Shown: piece after piece, positions 12,022 through 22,445 of the stretch
How positions within the stretch are numbered: position 1 is the stretch's first letter
How the letters are laid out: every line of letters begins with the position of its first letter
Made by a program: the position numbers and the translations under genes
Notes under the pieces: model-generated
The model's input: the letters and a program-made list of their open reading frames with translations, nothing else
Database searches by the model: none
What the model was told of the DNA's origin: nothing
Assembly: GCF_963514075.1 (NCBI RefSeq)
Contig: NC_083761.1
Coordinates: 49,861,777-49,925,776, forward strand
Length of the DNA: 64,000 nucleotides
From: Conger conger
Lineage: Eukaryota
Direction of reading: 5' to 3'

Positions 12022-12430
12022 TGTGTTCCGAACAGAACATGGGGAAGCGGCCACTTCCACCAGAAGTTAACGTCCATTAAATGGTCATATTTCTCCTGAG
12101 GAATGTGGTTTATGATCATGGCTGCTTATTGTCTATCTCAGACACTAGAACACTGTCAGTGATGTGAATTGGACCAATAATTATATAGAAAACGACAAAT
12201 AACTACACCATTTCCCTGTTTGGGGAAGACCGTATTAGGTCACGGTGCTCCGAATAGCACCTGAAGCACAACTAACAGTTTTGCACTTTGTTTTAGAGGC
12301 AAGTCTCTAATAAATCTTTATCTGGTTAATCATAACGTGAATTAATACATTTTATAACTATAAAGCATTATACAACGATATGTATGTGCGTGAACAATTT
12401 TACAAGGAACACGTTTGACTGAGCCGTATA
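12022..12430. repeat. Right arm of the inverted duplication; partner at 8312-8645. It lies 240-650 bp upstream of the pagr1 ATG.
   Basis: See the left arm. Similarity decays beyond the arm ends ('gctagc'-rich tracts occur on both inner sides). Confidence 0.7.
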
Positions 12431-12669
12431 AGCCTGCCCGCCTCGTAGTCTCTCGTTAGCTACAACTTCCCCACCACACCGTCATGGGGAGCACCGTTAC
12501 CTTGTCACTGTAGGCTGAAACTGGTCGCGTACGTGACTCGTACCAAGATTTTATGAGGAACACACACAAAAACCAAAGCTGATCTGGAAGTTATTTCTTA
12601 TTTATTCGTCATGAAAGTTGCACTGTTCGGAACATTCTGAGCTAAACTCTTGATATTTGTATTAGGTTG

Positions 12670-12853
12670 ATGCAGTGCCAGAGTACAGAAGCAACAGACT
12701 CTTCTCTGAGAGATGGAATGGAGTCGTTGGGAGTTACGGAGGAAGACAAGGTTTCGGCAATGAGACAGGAGGAAGAGGCTAAGGGAAAAGAGGGGATGGA
12801 CACAACAGGTGGAACAAATGAGGACAAAGATGAAAATAAAGATAAAGAGAAAG
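12670..12853 (+). CDS. pagr1: pagr1 (PAXIP1-associated glutamate-rich protein 1 / PA1) coding exon 1. ATG at 12670 is preceded by an in-frame TAA at 12643.
   Basis: Translation is an acidic N-terminus '[61 protein letters not shown]'. Donor is GAAAG|gtacag. The frame is continuous into exon 2. Confidence 0.75.
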
Positions 12854-12930
12854 GTACAGTTTTGTATTGAGGGTTCTTTGTGAATACAAAATGTCTCCAC
12901 TTTCTCACCCTCTGACCTTTTCTGCATTAG

Positions 12931-13261
12931 ATGGTGACAATGATGAAGATGCCATGGATGAAGAAGAGCATAGAGAAGAAAGCAAAGAGGATGATGGGAA
13001 AGAGATGGAGAGAGATGCAGAACAAGAAGAGGATTGGGAGATTCCTTGTAGTGATGAAGAGATAGAGGAACCTAAAAACTGGACACCACCACCTGCTGAA
13101 ATCAAGCGACTATATGAAATTTTGGCTAAAGGAGAAATGCTGGAGCTGAACTGGATTCCTCTTCCCCGACGACCCCCTACCCCACAGCACACCCCTTCCC
13201 CAGAGAGAGATGATGATTCTGAGGAGGAAAGGGAGAGGGAGAGGGAGGAGAGAGCTCGCAA
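12931..13261 (+). CDS. pagr1: pagr1 coding exon 2.
   Basis: Translation '(D)[109 protein letters not shown](K)' matches human PAGR1 '[33 protein letters not shown]...LPRRPPTPE'. Acceptor is cattag|ATGGTG. Donor is CGCAA|gtgagt. Confidence 0.9.
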
Positions 13262-13489
13262 GTGAGTAATACAGTTGGATGTATTACTTCCTTGAGATGA
13301 GATGCATTTGCTTTGTATGTAATTAAATGTCATGTGCCCTCTCTCATAGCTTGAAGCTAGTTTTGTGGGACGCTTAATTGCAGATGTGATAATACATATA
13401 AATATAAACACAATAAAACACCATGGTTTTCCAGAGCTTCTTCCTTTATCGAAGCATTATCACAATGTTTTATTTTCCTCTTCTCTCAG

Positions 13490-13578
13490 AGCCCCTTCCC
13501 CCACTGAGTTTGATTTTGATGAGGAGCAAACTTCTGTGACACCCAAAAACGCCTACATCAATCGCCGCAGGACACCAG
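13490..13578 (+). CDS. pagr1: pagr1 coding exon 3.
   Basis: Translation '(K)APSPTEFDFDEEQTSVTPKNAYINRRRTP(G)' matches human '[25 protein letters not shown]'. Acceptor is tctctcag|AGCCCC. Donor is CACCAG|gtaatg. Confidence 0.9.
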
Positions 13579-13853
13579 GTAATGAGCTATGCCTCAGTCG
13601 TATCGCAAGTCCCTCTGCGCATGGCTGGAATTTCCGTTTCTGCCTCATCAACATCAACTGTCCAAAGACGTCTTATACATTTGTATGTGCCACTGTATTT
13701 TCACCAAGAACGATGCTATTGAGACTGACCGATTCAGTTTTCCAGTGCAATCAACATACAGTATAAGTTAGTGAATGCTGTGAATGTGAATGAAGTGCTG
13801 CTGTATCCTGTGTACTTGCTCTTTACCCTGATGATGTCATTTCTCTGCTGTAG

Positions 13854-14107
13854 GCTCCTCTACTCGGTCCACAGTGCGAAGGGAGGCCAGGCTGGATAAG
13901 GTGCTCTCTGACATGAAGCGGCACCGCAAGATCGAGGAGCACATCCTCAGGACAGGCCGCGACCTCTTCAAAAGTGAGAATGGGAAGGCAGCTGGCGGAA
14001 GGGAGGGGCAGGCCCTCTCCCCCAACTCCCAGAGAGAGAGAGAAAAGGAGAGGGAGAGAGACAGCGACCCCAGCACCATCTTTTCACCCAGACAAAGGCG
14101 TTATTGA
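13854..14107 (+). CDS. pagr1: pagr1 terminal coding exon. Stop TGA at 14105-14107.
   Basis: Translation '(G)[83 protein letters not shown]' matches the human C-terminus '[30 protein letters not shown]...LFPRQRKY'. Acceptor is ctgctgtag|GCTCC. Confidence 0.9.
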
Positions 14108-14206
14108 GGCTCAGAGACAAACTGAGGGAGTCCTCAGGCCTTACTTGCCAAACCTAAGGTTTGTACTTGTAAATAATGTTTTAATTATTGATATGCTTTG
14201 ATGGTC

Positions 14207-14212
14207 AAAATA
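14207..14212 (+). terminator. pagr1: Candidate pagr1 polyadenylation signal AATAAA, ~100 nt after the stop.
   Basis: 'ggtcaaaataaactttttac' is the first canonical hexamer downstream of the stop codon. Confidence 0.5.
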
Positions 14213-15965
14213 AACTTTTTACTGAAATCGGTTATGTCGTCTCTTATCTGTCAGTCCGCCATATCGTTTGGTGAACAGACAAACAAAACTCAAAAGGAGG
14301 ATTGGTTTGCTGCCATTTATTAAAGAGGAGAACCGAAAACCACCAAAAACCTTCCAACATTAAATGAGAAAATAAAAACACTAAACGGAGGGGGGAAAGG
14401 CAGGCAAAAGATCAACAGAAACCCCAAAGAAATGAGACCACGTGAATCCACCAGTCTTTCCACAAGCCAGTCCCAAACCGTCCTCTCCCTCGGCCTGTGA
14501 ACTCGGCCTCATTTGTAAAGGCCAATGATTAGGAAATGGGCCATATTTGAAGTGATTAATTTTATCAAAGCTATGGCCATATCTGCATGTAGGACCAGTG
14601 CTGCCGGTTGACAGCACTATTAATGCTGCGTTCAGGACGACTCGGAACTCAGATATTTCATGTGGGAAATGTCCGACTTACGACCACACTGCCTTCACCC
14701 TGTATAGTCTGAGAAAATGTGCTAAACATGGATGCCTGCAGTAAACTATTTTGTCCATATTTGCAGCAGCATAGGCTTCTTGCTGAACTGTTTGAAGAAC
14801 ACTGCAGATGCATCAGGTTTTATTATAAATATACATTGAAATACATTGAAATATTTTAATGTAATCTACCTAAGCTGGCTAGCACAAAAAAAAGCACTTT
14901 CCCCCCTAAACTTCTGCAGAAATTTCCAACCTATAATTCTGCAGTTGATGATCGTTCAAGAATTGTTATTGCCATTTTGAGTTGAACTCAGTAATATTCC
15001 CTTATTTTGGGTTTCAATTGAACAAGGATATGATATGCAATTAGAAGGGGTGTTCAGAGAGGTGACTATTTGTAACTAGAGGCAGCTAAATTATTTGTGT
15101 TTGTAACAGATGTGGGCGTGGTTAACCAAACATGGGTATGGATTCGCACAGGAAAAAGTACGAACTTGGTAGAAAATCCTTTTATTTATTTATTTTTTGG
15201 TTGCTGACAATCCTACTGAATCATAACAAAATACTTGTGCTATGTAACATGCAAAAGTAGACTGATAATATAGAGAACAATTTTATGACACCATGGCAAA
15301 GAAGTGGTTTCCCCCTGCAATAGGAGAAAATAGCCTGAAAGAGTGCAGCTTGGAAAAATCCTTGCCAATATTAGATACAATTGGCTCAAAGCAATCAAAA
15401 CAATATAACTTGCATATATATGTTTGGTTCCTCCGCATCTGAGTGCATTAACATGATTTGGCATTTAGAAATAACCATTTCTTCTCCATTTTAAAGTGTG
15501 TCATTAAGGTGCAAGAATACAGATGGAAAGTATCCCCCTTTCCTTCTACCTTTTTCATTTACCAAATCAATAAAGCCACTTCTATTTATAATGGCTATTC
15601 CAGTTAAGGCTTAAATGTGAGTGCATATTGTGTTCAGGGAAGTTTGGTGTTCCCATTTTAATTTTCACTAAACATTTCTCCGTTTGCGTCGAACTCTATC
15701 CCCATTTCCCCCTTTCCCTTCATCTGCACCTTCATCCTTCATTCCCCCGTTTCCCCCAGCCTCACTCTCCCTTGAGCCCCCCCAGCAGGCCATTAGCGGT
15801 AGTGAAGAGATTGATAGGAGAGGATCCATCTGTAATCAGAGTGGACTTCAGACCCAGGGATTGCAGCAGCTTCACCTGAGAAAGACAGAGAGGAGGGCGA
15901 TGCCATTGATCACAGTCCATTTTACCATATTAATGACATTCATTGTAAAATGCCAGCAGGAAAAA

Positions 15966-16547
15966 CACATATGTCCTTTGATGTACACTCACTGTGCATT
16001 TTATGAGGGACACTTAGACCTATTTATTCATGCGATTCTCTAATCACCCAGTCGCGTGGCAGCAGTGCAATGCAAAAAACCATGCGGATACAGGTCAGGA
16101 GCTTCAGTTAATGTTCAGTTCAACCGTCAGAATGGTGCGAAAAGCAAAAGACAACCAGTGAGCGGCAGTTCTGCGCACGGAAACACCTTGTTGATGAGAA
16201 GTCAACTGAAAATGGCCAGACTGATTCGAGCTGACAGAAAGGCTACAGTAACTCTGATAACCACTCTGTACAATTGTGGTGAGCAGAAAAGCATCTCAGA
16301 ATGTCGAACCTTGAGGCAGGTGGACTACAACAGCAGAAGACCATGTCATGTTCTACTTCTGTCAGCCAAGAACAGAAAGCTGAGGCTGCAGTGGGCACAG
16401 ACTAATCAAAACTGGACAGTTGAAGACTGGAAAAATTTAGCCTGGTCTGAGGATTCTTGATTTCTTGGTTTTGAGAGCAAAGGGAGGCCCTACCCAGTAT
16501 TAGAACAGTGTTCTTAATAAAGTGCTCAGTGAGTAAATGCATAATAT
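15966..16547 (+). mobile_element. Tc1-like DNA transposon, an internally deleted copy with both TIRs (5' 'tacactcactgtgcattttatgagggacacttagacc...', 3' '...cttaataaagtgctcagtgagta'). ORF 16056-16460 is the decayed transposase N-terminus.
   Basis: Near-identity over ~500 bp to the fish Tc1-like consensus I remember: 'cctatttattcatgcaattatctaatcagccaatcgtgtggcagcagtgcaatgcataaaatcatgcagatacgggtcaggagcttcagttaatgttcac...'. This is the same family as 34400-35065 and as the short copies at 21393, 23812, 29795, 49715 and 60700. Confidence 0.8.
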
Positions 16548-17169
16548 TGTCTGGAGAGCAGTGATTAGGGCAGGGGAACAGACTGAATCATATCTATAGC
16601 AATGGTATGACAGCTCTTTGAATGGAACCTAACAAGCATAGTGTGGGAGGTGAGATGCTGTGGGAGGCCTACCAGTACACTTACCTGCGTGCAATTGAAC
16701 ACACATCTTTAAATGTAAAAATACATAAATGCATCAATGCTGTATTGTATGAATATAAATATCACTTGTGTGTGAGAAAGACATTATTTTGTGTAGTGTT
16801 ATTTTTAAAAGTTTGTGTAACAGGAAAGGCTTGGTTGTTTGGTTTTCTTTTTCAAGAACTTATTTATATAGTATTTTAGAGGGATTCGTTCTGGAGGCCT
16901 GGTTCATGCCCATGCCTTGACACAGCCTGGAGCTGAAGATAAATCACCCTGCACAGGTTACTTCCTCCTCATTTGTAACTGCACAGGTTACTTCCCCCTT
17001 TTTACTTTCCCAGCTAGTCTATGGCCTCAACTGTAACCTGCTCAACCATTTAATTTGCTGTGATAGATTTCTTATTACATTCCTATTCCTGGAGGATTTC
17101 ATCACATCGCAGCATTTTGTTTTTGCCACTGTTTGAGGGCTATTCTCCTCACTGGGGAGTTTGCCTCAT

Positions 17170-17340
17170 GTGCTTACTGTTTGGGGGTTCAGGCCTGTTT
17201 TTTTAGAGGCAGTGTATGGCCACAGGCAGAAACCCATTTGTGTCAGCAACAGCTGAAAAGTATTTACCCACTGCACTGAGGGCAAGTCCTGTTGAACCAC
17301 CTTCTAGCTTAGTATTTTGATGTATGAGGCTGGGTCTTTG
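17170..17340 (-). CDS. mvp: Candidate 3'-terminal coding exon of mvp, not securely placed.
   Basis: After acceptor 'atactaag|CTAGAAGG' the frame reads 'LEGGSTGLALSAVGKYFSAVADTNGFLPVAIHCL*'. It resembles the human '[32 protein letters not shown]' tail only weakly. An alternative candidate at ~16862-16935 reads '...QGMGMNQASRTNPSKILYK*'. RNA evidence is needed. Confidence 0.2.
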
Positions 17341-17456
17341 TAAAGGCAGACAAATAACAGAAAAGGGCCAAAGAACAAAAATAAAGCATTAGTGGACAAA
17401 TGCTGTTAATACATATTACTCACAAAAGAGAGGGTTTGAATTAGTTAGGGCATTAC

Positions 17457-17645
17457 CTGCATCTCTGGTCCAGCTCTGGCCATTTCCTGAAGTGTGTCAC
17501 TGCCCAGACTAGCCACCATTTCCTTGAAGCGACCAGTTTCAATTTCTGCCAGTTTCTCCCGCTTCTCCACCTCCAGTTTATTCAGTTGCTCCTGGTATGA
17601 CAGCTCCTGTTCCCTCGCCTTTGAAAGGCGCACTAGCTCTGCTTC
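17457..17645 (-). CDS. mvp: mvp (major vault protein) coding exon 15.
   Basis: Translation 'EAELVRLSKAREQELSYQEQLNKLEVEKREKLAEIETGRFKEMVASLGSDTLQEMARAGPEMQ' matches human '...[62 protein letters not shown]'. Acceptor is ccctag|GAAGCA. Donor is ATGCAG|gtaatg. Confidence 0.9.
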
Positions 17646-18025
17646 CTAGGGAGAGGAGGATGGGATAAAAGCTTATGCACACATTGGCTGATGGGACTGT
17701 CCAATAACAAATGTACAGTTACTGAGAGTTAGATCCAAAAAAATAATAAAGACAAAAATATTTAACACATGCATTCACAGAGACTTGATAGTATTTACAG
17801 AACAAGGCACTGGATGCTTATGCACTATGGTTGGATTTTTCCAGAATATGGACAATTTTCAATTCCCACTAATTTAGCACACCCTCCTTGGAATCCCGAG
17901 ATGAAAAGTAAAAACCAGAGGCATCTTCTAGAAGCTTTGTGGGCCCACAAAAGCAAACCATTATTGTTCAAATATACGGACGCTTAAAGTAGTCTGCCAG
18001 ATTAGAATGAAGTGTCATGACTCAC

Positions 18026-18152
18026 AGCCTCAATCCTCTGAGCCTCAGCCTTCAGCTTGGCCTCGTTCACAGCTGCCTCTCCCTGAATGAGGGCCGCCTC
18101 AGCTCTGGACTGTGCTTCGGCCTTTGCTGCTCCTGTGCTTTCCACTGCAGTG
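18026..18152 (-). CDS. mvp: mvp coding exon 14.
   Basis: Translation '(S)[42 protein letters not shown]' matches human '[41 protein letters not shown]'. Acceptor is tctcttag|CACTGC. Donor is GAGGCT|gtgagt. Confidence 0.9.
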
Positions 18153-18368
18153 CTAAGAGAGAAAGACACATCACACTTGAACAAAGTGTCAACATCATAA
18201 TACAAAACAAGTTATGCTGAGCAGCATTATCTCAGTATGATACGACCATTACGCAAGTTAAGTGTACTTTACTGTATTTATAACATAGGAACATCTCTTC
18301 CTGATACCCTCTTAGCAGCACGGGTAAATATTATGGCTGTAACAGAGCAGTAAGTGCAGCAGTTATAC

Positions 18369-18485
18369 CTGAGAGCCTCCAGCTCCAGCAACTGTTTCCG
18401 GGCCTTCTCAGCCTCGGCCTGATCGGTGATCTTCTGCCTCTCCAGACGGCCCTTGGCTTCCTGCTCCAAACGTTCTGCCTCATGG
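18369..18485 (-). CDS. mvp: mvp coding exon 13.
   Basis: Translation '(R)[38 protein letters not shown]' matches human '[39 protein letters not shown]'. Acceptor is ctcctccag|CCATGAG. Donor is CTCAG|gtataa. Confidence 0.9.
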
Positions 18486-18646
18486 CTGGAGGAGAGGAAG
18501 AGAGAGAAACAATATTGGTACGACAGTGACAGAGAGAGAAATAGTAACAGAACGGCACAGGCAGAAAAAGAAAAAGAGGGAGTGGGAGAGGTAACGGTAA
18601 GTCTGAGCAACGGAGGCAGAGAAAAGAAAGCGAAATGGGCACAGAC

Positions 18647-18858
18647 CGGGCAGCAGCCTCCTGTGAGTTGGTGGTGATCTCGATGGCCAGCTGGACGCTC
18701 TTCTGCAGGGCATCCCGGGTCCTCTGGTCCACCGGTTCCACAGACTGGATGTCCACACTGCTGATAATCAGCTTATTCTGGCCGAAGAGTAAACTGGACC
18801 GCACCGCCATCTTCTCGTCAAACCCAAACACAGCCGAGGAAATGATCCGGTTTGAATT
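18647..18858 (-). CDS. mvp: mvp coding exon 12.
   Basis: Translation '[70 protein letters not shown](R)' matches human 'NSARIIRTAVFGFE...[41 protein letters not shown]'. Acceptor is ctctcctcag|AATTCA. Donor is GCCCG|gtctgt. Confidence 0.9.
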
Positions 18859-19264
18859 CTGAGGAGAGAAAGTGGTGTGTACATGTTATAAAATGGCTAG
18901 TAGCTGAGCATCCCAAAAGGAACTGCTGAAATGCAAAGCAACCTGCGCTGCATGGTATTCCGGGTAATAATCTAGATTTAGTGAACCAGTCCTTTCTCAG
19001 GCCTGCAATCCACAGGTCTGCAGCAGAAACATCCACAGGTCTGCAGCAGAAACTTGGGGCTGAACCAGCTGAAAGACTGGAAAAACCGGCACCGGTGCTT
19101 ACAGGCCTCAGATCGCTAGGGAACACTCAATTAGACAAGGGTTAGTTTGTTCAGTGCCGCAGGTATCTCGAGTAAATTGTACTCAAGAGCCAAGACGAGG
19201 AAGGGATGGAGAAAGAGAGCAGAACAATGAAAAGAAGAGCGACACAAAACAGACAGCCAGGTAC

Positions 19265-19409
19265 CTTGTGGAAGTCATCAAACTGCACGGCTGCCACTGC
19301 ACCCCTGACTCTAGAAGCGATGGCCTTGCAGGCATCCCCAATAAAGTCAGGCACAGAGAACACTGCTGCTGCTTGTTCTGGGTCTGCGTGGGGGTCAATG
19401 TCAAAATGC
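19265..19409 (-). CDS. mvp: mvp coding exon 11.
   Basis: Translation '(W)[48 protein letters not shown]' matches human '[48 protein letters not shown]'. Acceptor is tctctcag|GCATTT. Donor is CACAAG|gtacct. Confidence 0.9.
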
Positions 19410-19513
19410 CTGAGAGAAAGACAAGCAGGGCAGGAGAGGGAAACCAAAGATACCACTTTCATATTTGCCAACAAGCTTGACCAATGTGGAGATGAACAGT
19501 ACAAACGGTGTAC

Positions 19514-19711
19514 CAGTTGTAAGCCAGCTGCAGCTGCAGACGGGCGTGGTCAGCAGTCTCGATGATGATGATGTCGGTGCAAAAGTCAGGCCCCAGGAGC
19601 AGACAGACGGCCTTGATGACGTTTGGTCGTTTGGGTTTGCCTCCCGATAAAGACAGAACTGTGAACTGTTCATCTGGGCCCAACATTACCAGCTCTGGTC
19701 CAAAGACAATT
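19514..19711 (-). CDS. mvp: mvp coding exon 10.
   Basis: Translation '(R)[65 protein letters not shown](W)' matches human '[66 protein letters not shown]'. Acceptor is ctctctcag|AATTGT. Donor is AACTG|gtacac. Confidence 0.9.
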
Positions 19712-19847
19712 CTGAGAGAGGGGGAGTGTGCGCAAAAGACAAGTTTACATGTACAAACGGTCAAATAATTATCCACCCAATCTCTCCCGTAAGCGTGGAT
19801 CAGATGGCTGATCAAGACTTTGCTGAGACAGAAAAGCAATTGATCAC

Positions 19848-20086
19848 CTTGCCCTCTTCTCACGGTAGTCATAGACCTGCACTGCAGCGTTGTGGGGGAC
19901 TCTGTAGGTCACCACCCTGGTTTTGTCTCTCTCCTTCGTCTCATCTGCTTGTCTCTCCCTCTGTGAACGATCTGCCAGGGGGTCTCGGGCAGACGCCAGC
20001 AAGGTCTCTACATTGTGGGGCAGCTCCTTTTCCCACAGCTCCTCATCCTGAGTCAGGATGTAAGTGTGGCCGATCACGGCACGGAC
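19848..20086 (-). CDS. mvp: mvp coding exon 9.
   Basis: Translation '[79 protein letters not shown](R)' matches human '[30 protein letters not shown]...[24 protein letters not shown]'. Acceptor is cctcccag|GTCCGT. Donor is GCAAG|gtgatc. Confidence 0.9.
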
Positions 20087-20206
20087 CTGGGAGGGTGGAG
20101 GGTGGAGAAATTGAAATGGGATTTTGGGTTAATTGTTGACGAGTCAGTGTGAAGTATTCCAGCCAAACCAGGATGGCGAAAATCAGTGGTTCGTCCACTT
20201 TCTCAC

Positions 20207-20398
20207 CTTGCCCGTCTTGATGTCTCGGACATAGATTCCGTCATTCTCATCCAGCGGAATGGCCTGGCGCTGGAGCAAGACTTCCACTGTAGCTGGTGGG
20301 ACGTATTCCACTGGCCCACGTAACATCCAACGATCACCAGGGCGACGCGGGACTCCACGTCTTCCTCCCTCCTCTTCCTCTTCATCCTGCTCTTGCTG
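20207..20398 (-). CDS. mvp: mvp coding exon 8, which includes an acidic stretch not present in human.
   Basis: Translation '[64 protein letters not shown]' matches human '...[45 protein letters not shown]'. Acceptor is ctttatcag|CAGCAA. Donor is GGCAAG|gtgaga. Confidence 0.9.
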
Positions 20399-20824
20399 CT
20401 GATAAAGAGGAACATGAACAGAATGCAAATGCTGAGGTCACAAAGTGCAACTGACAGTTGAGTAATAAGAGAGAAGCACAAGTGAAAGCAAAAAAAGAAA
20501 GAATGGAAGAGTGAGAAACTTGGGTTGAGAAAGTTAAAGGGAGAAAAAGAAAGGACGGCAAAGTAAATTGGTTAAAGATAAACAACATTTTTGTCAGTTA
20601 AGTTCTCTTCATGTATTTCACAACTAATCTTCCTGGTGCCAAATTTTTTTTAACCCAATTATTATCTTTACCAACACTCCCCTGTCATCCAACACAAGCC
20701 TTTAATCTATTCCCAAAACAGAATTCCCAAATCCGGCTTGAAAGATCCTTTTCCATTTTAGCTACCGCATTTGTCATTCATTCTACATTATTTTTTTTCT
20801 ACTTTCCTCGTTTCTGTCTCTCAC

Positions 20825-20950
20825 CCCCTCAGTGTCAGTGAAGGCCTCCACAGCTCTCAGGACCAGCCCCTCCTCCTCTGAAAGAATATACACATCCTGG
20901 ATCCCATTTTCCAACCGCTCCCCTGGCTGCAGGAAGAATGACTTCTCTCC
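20825..20950 (-). CDS. mvp: mvp coding exon 7.
   Basis: Translation '[42 protein letters not shown]' matches human '[41 protein letters not shown]'. Acceptor is tttcctcag|GGAGAG. Donor is GAGGGG|gtgaga. Confidence 0.9.
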
Positions 20951-21118
20951 CTGAGGAAAGACAAGATTCACTTATGGCAGGGGGTTTCAACACTGGTCTT
21001 GGAGAGTTGTAGAATCACCAGCACACCCTGTGGCCCTCCTGTGGAGCCATGCGGACATACTGTACTACACTTGCACGGGCACTTACTGGTATAATTAAAA
21101 TGGCGTCATAAAGCATAC

Positions 21119-21355
21119 CTTCACAACTCTCTTTTGTCCCAGTTGTGGCTTTCCATCATGCCCGACTGGGTCCAGAATCACACAGTACTGCCGGCTGCTA
21201 AGTGTAGTCACTTTCACCTCCCCTACCACCTCTTCTGCCACAGAGGGGATGTAGGCCTCACAGTCGGATGATGTGACAAGCCACTCCTCCCCTGTACGCC
21301 TCTCCCGGCCTCCAGAGTCACGAAATGGACGAAGGGCTTGCACGTACAGAGCTTT
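21119..21355 (-). CDS. mvp: mvp coding exon 6.
   Basis: Translation '[79 protein letters not shown]' matches human '[79 protein letters not shown]'. Acceptor is gactctcag|AAAGCT. Donor is GTGAAG|gtatgc. Confidence 0.9.
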
Positions 21356-21392
21356 CTGAGAGTCAACAAATATAATACATATTGAATGGGAA

Positions 21393-21700
21393 TATACACT
21401 CACTAAGCACTGTATTAAGTAGACCTGTACACCAGCTTGTAAATGCAAATATTTAATCAGCCAATCATGTGGCAGCAACTAAATGCATAAAAGCATGCAG
21501 ACATGGTCAAGAGGTTCAGCTGTTTTTCAGACCTAATGTCGGAATATCCAAATAACCACACATTGCAACAGTGGTATGCAGAAAAACATCTCCGAACACA
21601 CGACTTGTCAAACCTCTAAGTGAGAAGGCTACAGCAGCAGAAGAACAATAAGTCTAAAAAAGAAGTCTAATAAATACCTAATAAAATACTCAATGAGTAA
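21393..21700 (+). mobile_element. ~300-bp MITE-like derivative of the Tc1-like family, with TIR-like ends 'tacactcactaagcactgtattaagtagacctgtacacc' ... 'aataaatacctaataaaatactcaatgagta'.
   Basis: Shares the family terminal segment 'aatcagccaatcatgtggcagcaactaaatgcataaaagcatgcagacatggtcaagaggttcagctg'. It lies in an mvp intron ~35 bp upstream of the exon 6 acceptor (intron side). Confidence 0.65.
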
Positions 21701-21877
21701 TAATGGAAATAAACAGAAAGTTTTAGGATTTGGAAAATTTGAAAACAAATGCAAGAACTACTTGAAGACAAAAGAAGAGCAAGAAGTGCTGCACAATCTA
21801 CAATCACCCAACCTCAACTCCATACAGTAGTTTGGTAGGACGTTGTGTGGACTGAAACAAGCAGGAGATGCTCGCAC

Positions 21878-21972
21878 CTTGTCAGTAAGGACGAAAGCCT
21901 TGACGATATCCACAACTTCCTCATGAACTCCAGGTAGGTATGCTCCCACCTTACTCACTTGCCACTCTTCCC
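21878..21972 (-). CDS. mvp: mvp coding exon 5.
   Basis: Translation '(G)[31 protein letters not shown]' matches human '[32 protein letters not shown]'. Acceptor is tgtttcag|GGGAAG. Donor is GACAAG|gtgcga. Confidence 0.9.
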
Positions 21973-22445
21973 CTGAAACAAAATAATGATTGTAGTCACA
22001 GTAACGCCTGCTGTACCATAGGCAACAGAAGTGGAATTAGCAGGGGTGCTGCAGGTGCAGCGTTTTTGAGCAGCTATTTTCCAAAACATAGACACTCAAT
22101 TTGGCTTAATTCATAACACACATTGTTGAATGGATGTTGACAATTGACTATTGTTTGCATTAAAAAAATGATATATCTTTTAAATCAGATTTTACATTGA
22201 ATGCAGGCTATCGTATCTTTTAAATGGACTTTAACTTTGCGTTTTTCCAAGCATCCTACTTAAAACAATGCAAAGATCCTCTGGGGCTGATGTGTTGTTT
22301 TTGTTTTGTGGCTACTCTGGCTACCAAAAATATGTGTGAGACCAGCCGTTGTTGTGTCTGCTAGCCACCTAGTGTTACTTGCCTTCAAGCCAGGCAGGAA
22401 TTAATCTGCGGTAACGTGCCCCTCATTAATTATTATTATTTTTTA

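Noticed and set aside
12905-13411. 168-aa minus-strand Ser/Leu-rich ORF antisense to pagr1 exon 2
   Set aside because: It is the antisense of the Glu/Asp-rich pagr1 coding region (GAA/GAG codons read as Ser/Leu). Codon-bias artefact.
15700-15790. Pyrimidine-rich (CT) tract as a regulatory element
   Set aside because: It is low-complexity sequence adjacent to a transposon, with no conserved partner or gene context.
18331-18831. 166-aa minus-strand ORF spanning mvp exons 12-13 and the intron between them
   Set aside because: It is a read-through of intron sequence. Only the segments delimited by GT/AG sites align with MVP.
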